A DNA stretch of 33,666 nucleotides, from contig JBKOZJ010000186.1 of the NCBI GenBank assembly GCA_046725875.1, positions 1-33,666 of the forward strand, read 5' to 3'. Positions 1 through 9,326 of this stretch are shown one piece after another (positions within the stretch are counted from its first letter, which is position 1; each line of letters starts with the position of its first letter). The position numbers were made by a program, and so were the translations under genes. Origin of the DNA: Actinomycetota bacterium (GTDB lineage: Bacteria; Actinomycetota; Actinomycetes; JAKEEW01). The notes under the pieces were generated by a model. The model saw only the letters and a program-made list of their open reading frames with translations. It did no database searches and was not told the DNA's origin.

Positions 1-293
1 GCGGCATGAGCCACGATATCCGTCGCCAGCTGCTGGAACTGCTCGTTCTTCGCGACGAAGTCGGTCTCGCAGGCCAGCTCGATCATGGCGCCCTCGGTCG
101 CCACAACGAGCCCGTTCCCGGCAGTCCGCTCGGCCCCGCGCTTCGCGGCCTTCGCGGCGCCCCTGACCCGCAGGACCTCGATCGCCTGGTCGAAGTCGCC
201 GTTCGACTCCTCCAGCGCGCGCTTCGCGTCCATCATGCCGGCACCGGTCGTGTCGCGGAGGCGCTTGACGTCGGCCGTGGTGAAGTCAGCCAT
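1..293 (-). CDS. tsf: Translation elongation factor Ts (5' part; runs off window start)
   Basis: Not in ORF track; translated by hand from ATG at 293: [27 protein letters not shown]...[16 protein letters not shown] (TGAGMMD and ETDFVAK EF-Ts motifs); downstream of rpsB. Confidence 0.97.
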   Translation of the reverse strand, partial: MADFTTADVKRLRDTTGAGMMDAKRALEESNGDFDQAIEVLRVRGAAKAAKRGAERTAGNGLVVATEGAMIELACETDFVAKNEQFQQLATDIVAHA

Positions 294-377
294 CTCTAAC
301 TCTCGATCCTCGGTTCTGTGGTCGGTTGGGCGGCCGGCCCGGCGAGATCCCCGTTGCTCGTCCCGGCGTCGCCGTGC

Positions 378-1301
378 TCACTCCTCGTCGGCGGCCGGCG
401 TCACGTCGGCGGGCTCGCTTGCTGCCTCCACGCCGGCCGTAGCTCTCGCCACGGCTTCGGACCTACCCTCGCCGCCGGCTTCGGCCGGGCCCGGACCCCC
501 CGACGCTCCGGGACTCTGGCTGGCCAGCAGCTCGCGTTCCCACTCGGCAAGCGGCTCCTCGGCGCCAAGCTCACGCCCGGCCGGCTTCTCCTCACCGTTG
601 GGGGCTGCGCCGGCGCGGGCGATGAGCCCTTCGGCCACCGCATCCGCGATTACCCGGGTGAGCAAGTTGACACTGCGGATCGCGTCGTCGTTGCCGGGGA
701 TCGGGTAGTCGACCTCGTCCGGGTCGCAATTGGTGTCGAGGATCGCGACTACTGGGATGCCGAGCTTCTTCGCCTCGCCGACCGCGATGTGCTCCTTCTT
801 GGTGTCTATCACCCAGACCGCGCTGGGCACCCGCTGCATATCTCGGATGCCGCCGAGCGACCGCTCGAGCTTGTCCTTCTCTCGGCGAAGCGAGAGCAGT
901 TCCTTCTTCGTCATGCCGCTCGCGGCGACGTCGTCGAAGTTGATCTCGTCGAGCTCTTTGAGCCGCTGCAGCCGCTTGTAGACCGTCGAGAAGTTAGTAA
1001 GCATGCCGCCGAGCCACCGCTGGTTGACGTAGGGCATGCCAACTCGAGTGGCCTGCTCCGCGACGGTCTCCTGGGCCTGCTTCTTCGTACCCACGAATAG
1101 GACAGAGCCGCCGTGCGCAACCGTCTCCTTGACGAAATCATAGGAGTGGTCGATGAACGACAGCGACTGCTGCAGATCAATGATGTAGATGCCGTTGCGC
1201 TCGGTGAAGATGTAGCGCTTCATCTTCGGGTTCCACCGGCGCGTCTGATGCCCGAAATGGACGCCGCTCTCGAGGAGCTGGCGCATGGTGACGACGGCCA
1301 T
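378..1301 (-). CDS. rpsB: 30S ribosomal protein S2
   Basis: [58 protein letters not shown] before ATG at 1301; acidic actinobacterial C-terminal tail. Confidence 0.98.
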   Translation of the reverse strand: MAVVTMRQLLESGVHFGHQTRRWNPKMKRYIFTERNGIYIIDLQQSLSFIDHSYDFVKETVAHGGSVLFVGTKKQAQETVAEQATRVGMPYVNQRWLGGMLTNFSTVYKRLQRLKELDEINFDDVAASGMTKKELLSLRREKDKLERSLGGIRDMQRVPSAVWVIDTKKEHIAVGEAKKLGIPVVAILDTNCDPDEVDYPIPGNDDAIRSVNLLTRVIADAVAEGLIARAGAAPNGEEKPAGRELGAEEPLAEWERELLASQSPGASGGPGPAEAGGEGRSEAVARATAGVEAASEPADVTPAADEE

Positions 1302-1535
1302 GCCGTTACTACTCCCTGTTCCGCACCCGCTCGCGGGCGCTCCCTCGGTTATCCTGCGAGCCACCCACCATGCCGGCCGTTCTGGCTCAATCGTGGCGTG
1401 CGGTCGCGCCATGCGCCCTGCCGTGCCGTGACCTGAGGACGAGCTCAGACCCCGGACCGAGAGCACCGCCCGATCTTGGTCGGGCGAGGGCGCTGTGATG
1501 TCGGCCCACCTTGGGTGAACCGCCTGGCCAGTCTA
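1302..1535 (-). promoter_or_regulatory. rpsB promoter (-10 TAGACT at 1530-1535) and ~220 nt 5' leader
   Basis: TAnnnT hexamer followed by a long GC-rich non-coding leader; rpsB-tsf leaders are autoregulatory in other bacteria. Confidence 0.5.
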
Positions 1536-1717
1536 CGGGATCTGGCCCGGTCGTCCGAAGGGGTGCAGCCGCGCTGGCTCCGTTAGCGCGCCAAGCGGCC
1601 TTGCGCGGTGGATGATCTGGTCGCTGAGATTCCACAGCGTCGAGATTTCGGCGGGTGTTGTCCCCAGGTTGCCGATGACCGCTTCCGTTGCCCGTTCCCA
1701 CCCGGGACGGTCGGTCC

Positions 1718-2452
1718 ATGGGCTTCCTGCTCTCCCTGTTGATCACTTTGGGAACGGCCTCTGCGGGCCAGCCCGCAGAGGCCGAATGGGTCTGGCCGCT
1801 GGCGCCGCGACCAGTGGTGCTCCGAGCGTTCCAGCCGCCACCGCAGCCGTGGCTCGCGGGCCATCGGGGTGTGGACCTGGCTGGCCGGGCCGGACAAGAG
1901 GTGCGCGCCGCGGGTCAAGGCGTCGTAACCTTTGCGGGTCCGGTGGCCGGCCGGCCGGTCGTCGTCGTGTCACACGGAGCGCTCCGAACGACCTACGAAC
2001 CAGTCGCGGCAAATGTGCCAGTCGGTGAGCGAGTGCGGGCAGGCGCGGTGATCGGCGCCCTGCGCGCGTCCGGACCCCACTGCGGACCGGCCCGCATATG
2101 CCTGCATTGGGGTCTGCTTCGCGGCGCCATCTACCTCGACCCGCTCGCGCTGCTCAAACGCGGGCCGATCAGGCTGCTACCGGCGGACGGCAGCCTGCGA
2201 GCGCCTGGTGGGGCACCGCCCGCGCTCTCACTCTCGGCCGGTCGCGCGCCAAGACAGGGTCTCGAGGAGGTTCCGGCGCCGGTCCAGGCGGCCGCCCGCC
2301 CAGCCGCGCCGAGGGCGAACGAGCCACTGGGCACCGACGTTTCGCCGCATGCTGCCCACTCACTCAGCCTCAGCAGGCTGGCGACCGCAGGGGCGGGCGG
2401 CGCGTTAACGTTGGCGCTGACGACCCGAGCCATCATCCGCCGGCGCCGCTGA
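1718..2452 (+). CDS. M23/LytM-family (EnvC-like) secreted protein
   Basis: Signal peptide MGFLLSLLITLGTASA, WVWPL, GHRGVDL (HxxxD), VRAAGQGVVTFAG, CLHWGL, YLDPL; Pro/Ala linker and hydrophobic+RRRR tail. Start 1718 chosen over TTG 1688. Confidence 0.85.
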   Translation: MGFLLSLLITLGTASAGQPAEAEWVWPLAPRPVVLRAFQPPPQPWLAGHRGVDLAGRAGQEVRAAGQGVVTFAGPVAGRPVVVVSHGALRTTYEPVAANVPVGERVRAGAVIGALRASGPHCGPARICLHWGLLRGAIYLDPLALLKRGPIRLLPADGSLRAPGGAPPALSLSAGRAPRQGLEEVPAPVQAAARPAAPRANEPLGTDVSPHAAHSLSLSRLATAGAGGALTLALTTRAIIRRRR

Positions 2453-2463
2453 CGCAGAGTACG

Positions 2464-3333
2464 TCAGGTCCCGAGCTTCGCGCGGAGCTGGATCACCGCC
2501 CGGGCATGGATTTGACAGACCCGGCTCTCTGAGACACCGAGCACCTGGCCGATCTCGGCCAGGGTAAGACCCTCGAAGTAGTAGAGGGTCACAACGGTCT
2601 GCTCGCGCTCGGGGAGGGCCCCGATGGCCTGGCTGAGGCGCTCCCTCATCTCGATCATCTCGAATGCGGCGACCGGATCGACGGCCGCGGTGTCCTCGAT
2701 GGTCTCGCCCAGGCTGACCCCGCCAGAGCGGTCGATCGTGGACGTGAGCAGCTCATCGAGTGCGAGCACGTTGACCATGGAGAGCTGGCTGAAGATTCCG
2801 TGCAGCTCGTGGTGACTGATGCCGAGGTGGGCGGCGAGTTCGCGATCGGTCGGATGCCTGCGCAAGATCGACTCGAGCTCAGCGTAGGCACGTTCCACGA
2901 CACGCGCCTTCGCCCGCACGGAGCGGGGGATCCAGTCCAGCGCGCGAAGCTCGTCGATTATCGCGCCGCGAATTCGCCTGATCGCGTATGGCTCGAACTT
3001 CGTCGCGCGTTCTGGGTCGAATTTCTCAATCGCATCGATGAGTCCGAATATCCCGTACGAGACGAAATCTCCCTGGTCGACACTGGAGGGCAGGCCCGCG
3101 CCGATGCGGCCCGCGACGTACTTGACCAACGGCGAGTAGTGAAGGATCAGACGTTCGCGCAGACGCTCGTTTCCGCTCGCCTTGAACTCGCGCCACAAGT
3201 GCAGCAGAGCACGGTCCGGCGCGCCGTCGGCCGCCGGTGCGCCGTCGGCGGGACCCTCGACGATCGCAGTCGCCGTCGCCGACACGGCGGGCGCCACCAC
3301 CGTGTCGATCTGGAAGCGGACGCTCTCAGGCAC
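2464..3333 (-). CDS. whiG: FliA/WhiG-family RNA polymerase sigma factor
   Basis: [52 protein letters not shown], region 4 [29 protein letters not shown] 3333 overlaps the xerC stop (ATG 3351 is an alternative). Confidence 0.9.
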   Translation of the reverse strand: MPESVRFQIDTVVAPAVSATATAIVEGPADGAPAADGAPDRALLHLWREFKASGNERLRERLILHYSPLVKYVAGRIGAGLPSSVDQGDFVSYGIFGLIDAIEKFDPERATKFEPYAIRRIRGAIIDELRALDWIPRSVRAKARVVERAYAELESILRRHPTDRELAAHLGISHHELHGIFSQLSMVNVLALDELLTSTIDRSGGVSLGETIEDTAAVDPVAAFEMIEMRERLSQAIGALPEREQTVVTLYYFEGLTLAEIGQVLGVSESRVCQIHARAVIQLRAKLGT

Positions 3334-4330
3334 GGGGATGCGCTCGCTCATAGGTGCGAATGAGCCGCTCGACCGATACGTGGGTGTAGAGCTGGGTTGT
3401 CGCGAGCCTCGCGTGACCAAGGAGTTCCTGGACGCTGCGCAAATCAGCGCCGCCTTCGAGAAGGTGCGTGGCCGCCGAGTGCCGCAAGCCGTGAGGTCCG
3501 AGGTTCGGAACGCCGTCCACCCGCGCCAACGCGTCATGTACGAGCTTGCGCGCGATGCGTGGATTCATCCGCCCGCCGCGAGCGCCAAGGAAAAGTGCCC
3601 GACCGGACCCGCTCGTGGCCAGCTGGGGGCGTCCACGCTCCACCCACGCGCCGACCGATGTCAGCGCCGGAATGCCAAGTGGCACAACCCTTTCCTTGTC
3701 ACCCTTCCCCACTACCCGTACGACACGGCTGCCGAAATCGAGATCCTCGAAGTCGAGCCCGCAAAGCTCTCCGACTCGGATGCCGGTTGCGTACAGGAGT
3801 TCGAGAACAGCGTGGTCGCGGAGTTCGATCGCGCCGGCGGGCGGTCGGGAATCCCCGGCGCCGTCATCCGTCTCGGTCTTTGCCTGGACCAGTTTCGGTC
3901 CGCGGTCCACCGGAGCCGGCGACGTTTCGCTGCGAGCCGCAGCCGTGTCGAGCACCGCGGACATCTGGTCCTGGCGGAGTACGGTCGGGAGCGTTCGGCG
4001 CGACCGCGGAGTCGCGAGCGTCGCGCCGTGGTCGGTGGAGGTCCGACCGGTTCTCGCCAAGAACCTTGTGAAGGCGCGGGCGGCTGCGGCCCGCCTGGCG
4101 AGGGTTCGGCGGGACCGGCCAAGGCTCCCACCCTTCGCCAGCCAACTGCGGAGCACGCCTATGTCGATCTTCTCAGGATCGGTGATCCTCATCCGAGTAG
4201 CATGATCGACAAGATTGGTGATGTCTCCCACGTAGGCCCGCACCGTGTGAGCGGAGAGCCCTCGCTCGCTGGCCAGGTAACGCTGAAAGGCGGAAATCGC
4301 TTCAGGCAGGTCAGTCCTGCCATAGTTCAC
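3326..4330 (-). CDS. xerC: Tyrosine recombinase XerC
   Basis: [16 protein letters not shown]-domain; catalytic [33 protein letters not shown]; position after dprA. Start approximate. Confidence 0.9.
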   Translation of the reverse strand: MNYGRTDLPEAISAFQRYLASERGLSAHTVRAYVGDITNLVDHATRMRITDPEKIDIGVLRSWLAKGGSLGRSRRTLARRAAAARAFTRFLARTGRTSTDHGATLATPRSRRTLPTVLRQDQMSAVLDTAAARSETSPAPVDRGPKLVQAKTETDDGAGDSRPPAGAIELRDHAVLELLYATGIRVGELCGLDFEDLDFGSRVVRVVGKGDKERVVPLGIPALTSVGAWVERGRPQLATSGSGRALFLGARGGRMNPRIARKLVHDALARVDGVPNLGPHGLRHSAATHLLEGGADLRSVQELLGHARLATTQLYTHVSVERLIRTYERAHPRA

Positions 4331-4529
4331 TCGTTCGGCGTAATCGTCGATGCCCCACTCTCCAACCGACGTGGGTGGCCGACCGAGCACGTCACGTCCA
4401 CCACCTGCTGCTTCGGGAGCGGCTGGGACACCCACATGGCCCACGCTTACCCGCCGAGGTAGCTCCGTCAAGCACCATCCCCAGGACGTCGGCAAGGGCG
4501 ACCAGGATGGCGTTGGAACTGAACCGTGG

Positions 4530-5714
4530 TTAGAGAGTGGTAGCGGGTCGGTCCAAGGACACCCCCGCCTTTCGCCGCCAGCCGGTCCCAATACGCTCGA
4601 CGAAGCCGTCGACGGCCAGGCGACCCAGGGCGCTAATGACCGCATCGACAGCTAGCCCCGCGACCGACGCGACAGACTCGGCATCGAGAGGTCGCCGGCC
4701 TCGCGGCGGCACGGCTTCGAGAACCCTCTTCGCATCCGGCGGAAGGGCGTCGGTTATTACCTCCGGTCCTTGTGGCCAGGGAGCCAGGTCGGTTCCCATC
4801 GCTCCCACGGCGTCGACGACCTCGCTCGGGCCGGTCACCAGCAACACACCGAACTCCCTGATGACGTGGTGAACGCCCGTGGACATGGCCGAGGTGATCG
4901 GACCCGGGACACCCATCGTCGGGCGCCCGAGCTGGAGTGACCGATGAGCGGTCGCCAGGGCGCCGCTGCGCACCGACGCCTCGACGACCACAGTCCCGGC
5001 GGCCATCGCGGCGATGAGACGGTTCCTCACCAGAAACCGGCCTCGGGTGGGATGGTCGCCCGGCGGAAGCTCGCCGACCAGCAGGCCATCGACCGCGATC
5101 CGCTCGAGCAGCTGCGCGTTTCCCGGCGGGTAGGGCTGGTCCACACCACACGCGACGATCGCGATCGTCGTGCCGCCGACAGCGAGCGCTCCGCGATGCG
5201 CCGACGCGTCGACGCCATAGGCGCCGCCCGACACGATCGACCACCCACGCTCGGCCAAGGACGCGGCCAGTTCGGCGGCTACGGCGCCGCCGTACGCGGT
5301 GCATGCCCGGGCACCCACGATCGCGACCGCCCTGCGAACGCTTGACCCTAAATCCCTGCGGCCGCGCACCCAGAGGGCAATTGGCTCCGCGTCGCCCAGG
5401 TCTCGCAGTCGAGCCGGCCATTCCGCGTCGGCCGGGCAAAGTAGCCTTGCGCCGACTGACTCTGCTACCCGCAAATCCGCATCGATGTCCAGGCTCCCCA
5501 GCCGTGCCGACCAATGCGGAGCCCGTGGCGACCGAAGGCCGCCGCGTCGAACTGCGTCGAGGAGCTCGGCTGCCGGCTGGACCCGCAGCAAGCGCACGAT
5601 CTCTGGGTCGGACGGTTCGACCAGTCTGGTCAGCGCTGCTCGAGCTATGCGCTCGTCATCCCATGCCACCAACGCTGCCGGGTGCGTCCGGCCTGCGTTC
5701 ATCCAGCCCGTCAC
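4530..5714 (-). CDS. dprA: DNA-processing protein DprA (Smf)
   Basis: VAIVGARACTAYG, IVSGGAYGVDASAHRGAL, RFLVRNRLIAA, VVVEASVRSGALATA; C-terminal winged helix. Start 5714 or 5702. Confidence 0.95.
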   Translation of the reverse strand: MTGWMNAGRTHPAALVAWDDERIARAALTRLVEPSDPEIVRLLRVQPAAELLDAVRRGGLRSPRAPHWSARLGSLDIDADLRVAESVGARLLCPADAEWPARLRDLGDAEPIALWVRGRRDLGSSVRRAVAIVGARACTAYGGAVAAELAASLAERGWSIVSGGAYGVDASAHRGALAVGGTTIAIVACGVDQPYPPGNAQLLERIAVDGLLVGELPPGDHPTRGRFLVRNRLIAAMAAGTVVVEASVRSGALATAHRSLQLGRPTMGVPGPITSAMSTGVHHVIREFGVLLVTGPSEVVDAVGAMGTDLAPWPQGPEVITDALPPDAKRVLEAVPPRGRRPLDAESVASVAGLAVDAVISALGRLAVDGFVERIGTGWRRKAGVSLDRPATTL

Positions 5715-5757
5715 TTCTGTGCTCTGCCGTCATCACGAGGTCGGCACGAAGACGTCT

Positions 5758-7365
5758 TCATGCGGCAATCTCCTGCGGAGCACCGCTTCGCAAGGCAAGG
5801 GCGGTCTGCACATCGTCACGGGTTGGCCGGCCACGGCCGGCGAGATCCGCGACCGTCCAGGCGACTCGCAGGACGCGGTCCACGCCTCGGGCGGTCAGCG
5901 CGCCAGTAGCAAGCGGCCGTTCGAGTGCTGCCAATGCAGCCGCTTCCGGCCGCAGGGCCGAGCGCAGGAGGCTGCCCGGGACCTCGGCGTTGCCCCGCCA
6001 GGGGGTGTCCCGCAAACGTACCGACGCCCGCTCCGTCGCCTGTGCGACGCGCGCGGCGATAGCTGCCGTGGACTCCGGCTGTCCACCGTGGGAGAGGATC
6101 TGGCCGCGGCTTACCCGATCGAGCCTGACCCGCAAGTCGACCCGGTCCAGCAGCGGACCGGACAGCCGCGCGAGATAGCGCCGCTGCTGGGTGGGCGTAC
6201 AGCGGCATGCGGCGCCGGCTGACCCGGCAAGCCCACAGGGGCACGGGTTCGCGGCTAGGACAAGCTGGAACCGCGCCGGAAAGCTGGCTATCCCCTTGGC
6301 CCGGGCAATGACGACCTCACCGCACTCGAGCGGCTGGCGCAAGGCGTCGAGGACGGTGGGGTTGAACTCGGGCGCCTCGTCCATGAAGAGCACACCGTGG
6401 TGGGCGAGGCTGGCCGCGCCCGGTCGGATCAGCCCGGAGCCGCCGCCAACCATGGCCGCAACGGTGGCGGTGTGATGCGGGTGCTGGAAGGGACGCTCGG
6501 TGTGGAGTGGTCGCTCCGGCGCGAGCGCGCCAACAAGCGAGTGAACTGCAGTCACCTCGAGCGCGGCTTGCCGGTCGAGGGCCGGAAGGATCCCGGGCAG
6601 GCGCTCGGCGAGCATCGTCTTGCCTGCTCCCGGCGGTCCATATAGCAGCAGATGGTGGCCCCCGGCGGCCGCGATCTCGACCGCTCGCCGCGCCTCGAGC
6701 TGGCCAACCACGTCCACCATGTCGAGCTTGTCGGCCCGCCGCGCTTCCTTCCTTGGCTCGCTTATCTCGCTATCGCGACCCGCCTGCCCGGCTTCCTCCT
6801 GAGCAGTGCGCTCGGCCTGATCAGCAAGCGCGGACAGATCGGGAAGACTGAGCTCGCCCCGCAGCGCCGCAAGTAAATGCGCCAGCGACGGGACGCCCAG
6901 CACCTCGACCTCGGGAACCAGCCCGGCTTCGGCCCGGTTGAGCACCGGTACGGCCACCCGCCGCATGCCCGCCCGAGCGGCGATGAGCACGGACGGCAAC
7001 ACCCCGCGAACCGCCCGAACCCGCCCGTCGAGGCTGAGCTCGCCAATGAGGACCACGTTGCGAAGCTCGTCCACGGGCAGCCGGCCGCTCGCGCCGACCA
7101 GCGCACCCGCCACCGCTAGATCGAACGAACTGCCTCGCTTGTGAAGTGACGCTGGAGACAGGGACACCGTCAGTCGACCCGACGGCCAAGGCTCCCCGCT
7201 GTTGACGAGAGCCGTACGGACCCGATCGCGGGCCTCGCTGAGCGCTGTATCGGGGAGCCCGATCAGGACAAAGGCCGGCAGGCCCGGCGAGACGTCCGCC
7301 TCGACCTCCACCAGCGAGCCGTCCAGACCCGTCAAGCTCACCGACCACGCGCGCGCCAAACCCAC
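5758..7365 (-). CDS. comM: YifB/ComM-family Mg-chelatase-like AAA+ helicase
   Basis: GLPDTALSEARDRV Lon-like N-domain, Walker A GPPGAGKT, FQHPHH, Walker B LFMDEAPEF, AANPCPCG, LSGPLLDRVD; abuts the yraN stop. Confidence 0.95.
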   Translation of the reverse strand: MGLARAWSVSLTGLDGSLVEVEADVSPGLPAFVLIGLPDTALSEARDRVRTALVNSGEPWPSGRLTVSLSPASLHKRGSSFDLAVAGALVGASGRLPVDELRNVVLIGELSLDGRVRAVRGVLPSVLIAARAGMRRVAVPVLNRAEAGLVPEVEVLGVPSLAHLLAALRGELSLPDLSALADQAERTAQEEAGQAGRDSEISEPRKEARRADKLDMVDVVGQLEARRAVEIAAAGGHHLLLYGPPGAGKTMLAERLPGILPALDRQAALEVTAVHSLVGALAPERPLHTERPFQHPHHTATVAAMVGGGSGLIRPGAASLAHHGVLFMDEAPEFNPTVLDALRQPLECGEVVIARAKGIASFPARFQLVLAANPCPCGLAGSAGAACRCTPTQQRRYLARLSGPLLDRVDLRVRLDRVSRGQILSHGGQPESTAAIAARVAQATERASVRLRDTPWRGNAEVPGSLLRSALRPEAAALAALERPLATGALTARGVDRVLRVAWTVADLAGRGRPTRDDVQTALALRSGAPQEIAA

Positions 7366-7785
7366 CTACATCACTCCGCGCAAGTGTGTGACGCTCGCGG
7401 GACCGCGCACCGGAACCACAACGCCAACCACGTCGAACCGGATCTCGGGCTGACCGGCGCAGATCACTGGCGAGGATGGCGAACGCGCTGCTGCTGGCCG
7501 ACGAGCGGCCGACGCGAGGTCGCGGCGTTCGGCCAGCCAGCGGAGCGCGAGTGCGCGCAGCCGGCGCACCTTGGCATGTGTGATGGCGTCGAGCGGTCCG
7601 CCGAACCCGAGGCCACGCCTCGTCTTCACCTCGCAGAAGACCAGCGTGTCGCGATCGGCCGCGACGATGTCGATCTCGCCTGCGGCGCAGCGCCAATTCC
7701 GGTCCAGCAGGACAAACCCGGCCGCGCTGAGATGCCGCGCGGCCACATCCTCCCCATACCTGCCGACCGCGTCCTTCGCCCGCAC
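7366..7785 (-). CDS. yraN: YraN-family PD-(D/E)XK nuclease (UPF0102)
   Basis: GRYGEDVAA, RNWRCAAGEIDIVA, FCEVKTR, RFDVV; SD GGGAGG upstream of GTG at 7785. Confidence 0.93.
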   Translation of the reverse strand: MRAKDAVGRYGEDVAARHLSAAGFVLLDRNWRCAAGEIDIVAADRDTLVFCEVKTRRGLGFGGPLDAITHAKVRRLRALALRWLAERRDLASAARRPAAARSPSSPVICAGQPEIRFDVVGVVVPVRGPASVTHLRGVM

Positions 7786-7852
7786 TGGCCCCACCTCCCG
7801 GAGCCGAGATTGACGGAACGCATCGGGAGGCCGCTACCCGTTCACGGCGGGC

Positions 7853-7891
7853 TGTGGATGGCTGGGTGTCTTTTCTCGACCGTGTGCATAA
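7853..7891 (-). promoter_or_regulatory. Pair of DnaA-box-like 9-mers upstream of yraN (TTATGCACA, CCATCCACA)
   Basis: - strand TTATGCACA at 7883-7891 matches TTWTNCACA; second copy 30 bp downstream has 2 mismatches to TTATCCACA. Confidence 0.45.
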
Positions 7892-8016
7892 CCAACGACA
7901 GGGGCTGCTCCGTCCGGCCCGCGGTCACTCCAATCGGTGAGAGCCCGGCGCGACCGGATGACGTCCCGAGCGGGCAGCCCGGGCGGTAGTCCGGCTTTAG
8001 GAACTCGACACTGCCT

Positions 8017-8343
8017 CTAACCTGCGAAACCGGGTCGCTCGTGGGGTACCTCGAGATCGCTCTTCGCTAGCTCCTCGACGTTAACGTCCTTGAACGTCAC
8101 AACCTTGACGTTCTTCACGAAGCGTGCCGGACGATACATGTCCCAGACCCACGCGTCCGACATCGTCACCTCGAAGTAGACCTCGCCGCCCTCGTTCCGG
8201 ACGTGAAGATCCACATGGTTGGTGAGGTAGAAACGCCGATCGGTTTCGACGACATAAGAGAACAGGCCGACGACGTCGCGATACTCCTTGTAGAGCTGGA
8301 GCTCCATCTCGGTCTCGTACTTCTCGAGATCCTCCGCGCTCAC
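8017..8343 (-). CDS. DUF2469 family protein
   Basis: MSAEDLEKYETEMELQLYKEYRDV...WVWDMYRPARFVKNVKVVTFKDVNVEEL; SD GAAAGGGAG; usual position after rnhB. Confidence 0.93.
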   Translation of the reverse strand: MSAEDLEKYETEMELQLYKEYRDVVGLFSYVVETDRRFYLTNHVDLHVRNEGGEVYFEVTMSDAWVWDMYRPARFVKNVKVVTFKDVNVEELAKSDLEVPHERPGFAG

Positions 8344-8430
8344 GGCTGCTCCCTTTCGTATCGCGGTATGCCCACGTCCGCCGGTGTGACCCGGGACCAC
8401 AGTGCCATCCACAGGCCAGCACTCGCCGGA

Positions 8431-9195
8431 TCACGCGATCTGGAAGCGGACGTCCTCCGCCGCCTCGTCGACCATATCCAGTAGGACGTCGGCTTCTGGC
8501 CCTTCGGCCACATTCTCTCCCACGCCGCCCGACGTCGCTCTCATCGTCCGTGCGACGTTGATGAACCGCTGGCGGTGCTCCGGGCACGGTCCGTGACTAA
8601 GCAGAGCGGCATTGTGTTCGGGGGTGACGTAACCCTTGTGGCCTGAGAAGTCGTACTCGGGATAGCTCTCGTGGAGCTCGCACATGATCCGGTCTCGGGT
8701 CACTTTTGCGATCACAGATGCACCCGCTACGCAGGCCGTGACCTGATCGCCCTTCCAAATGGCAAGGCCCGGCGCTCCAAGCCCGGCGACCGGGAAACCG
8801 TCGGTCAGCACGTAGGCGGGCGGCACTGCGAGTTGGGCAATCGCCCGGCGCATCCCCGCCACGTTGCAGACATGGAGGCCGAGCCGGTCGATCTCCCCGG
8901 GCGGGATGATCACGGCCGACCAAGCCAGCGCACGATCGACGATCCGGCAATACACCCGCTCCCGGGTCGCCGGAACGAGCAGCTTCGAGTCGGCCAGCTC
9001 GGCAATCTGCCCGCGCCGACCCTCGGGTAGCACGCAGGCCGCGACTACCAGCGGGCCGGCGCACGCACCGCGGCCGGCCTCGTCGGCGCCGGCTATCGGT
9101 GCCAGCCCGGCGCGGGTCAGCGCCCGCTCGTATCCGTACAAGCCGGCGTCCCGGCGAACCGTCACGCCCTTCGGCAGCTCACCCACGGACCACAT
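8431..9195 (-). CDS. rnhB: Ribonuclease HII
   Basis: GADEAGRGACAGPL, LADSKLL, LTDGF, KGDQ, ASVIAKVTRD, HKGY motifs. Confidence 0.96.
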   Translation of the reverse strand: MWSVGELPKGVTVRRDAGLYGYERALTRAGLAPIAGADEAGRGACAGPLVVAACVLPEGRRGQIAELADSKLLVPATRERVYCRIVDRALAWSAVIIPPGEIDRLGLHVCNVAGMRRAIAQLAVPPAYVLTDGFPVAGLGAPGLAIWKGDQVTACVAGASVIAKVTRDRIMCELHESYPEYDFSGHKGYVTPEHNAALLSHGPCPEHRQRFINVARTMRATSGGVGENVAEGPEADVLLDMVDEAAEDVRFQIA

Positions 9196-9326
9196 CCTCG
9201 CGCACCGCCGCGGCCCAAGTCGGATAGACCCGCGACCTTGACGCAGTGGCTGGGTCGGCGCAACGAACGGCCGCCCGCCGCAGTAAGGACGGCGTTGCCC
9301 AGCGACGTCTTAAGGTCGCCGACAGT

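Noticed and set aside
1671..1678. GCCGATGA (and GCCGATAG at 25308-25315 on -) as sigma28/WhiG -10 elements
   Set aside because: No TAAA-like -35 at 15-16 nt spacing; GCCGA is frequent in GC-rich DNA.
3326..4330. Tyrosine recombinase as a possible phage or island integrase
   Set aside because: XerC-type size and dprA context; no tRNA, att repeats, cargo genes or dif-like site seen.
7786..8016. Possible replication origin because of DnaA-like boxes
   Set aside because: Only two boxes, no AT-rich unwinding region, no dnaA/dnaN nearby.
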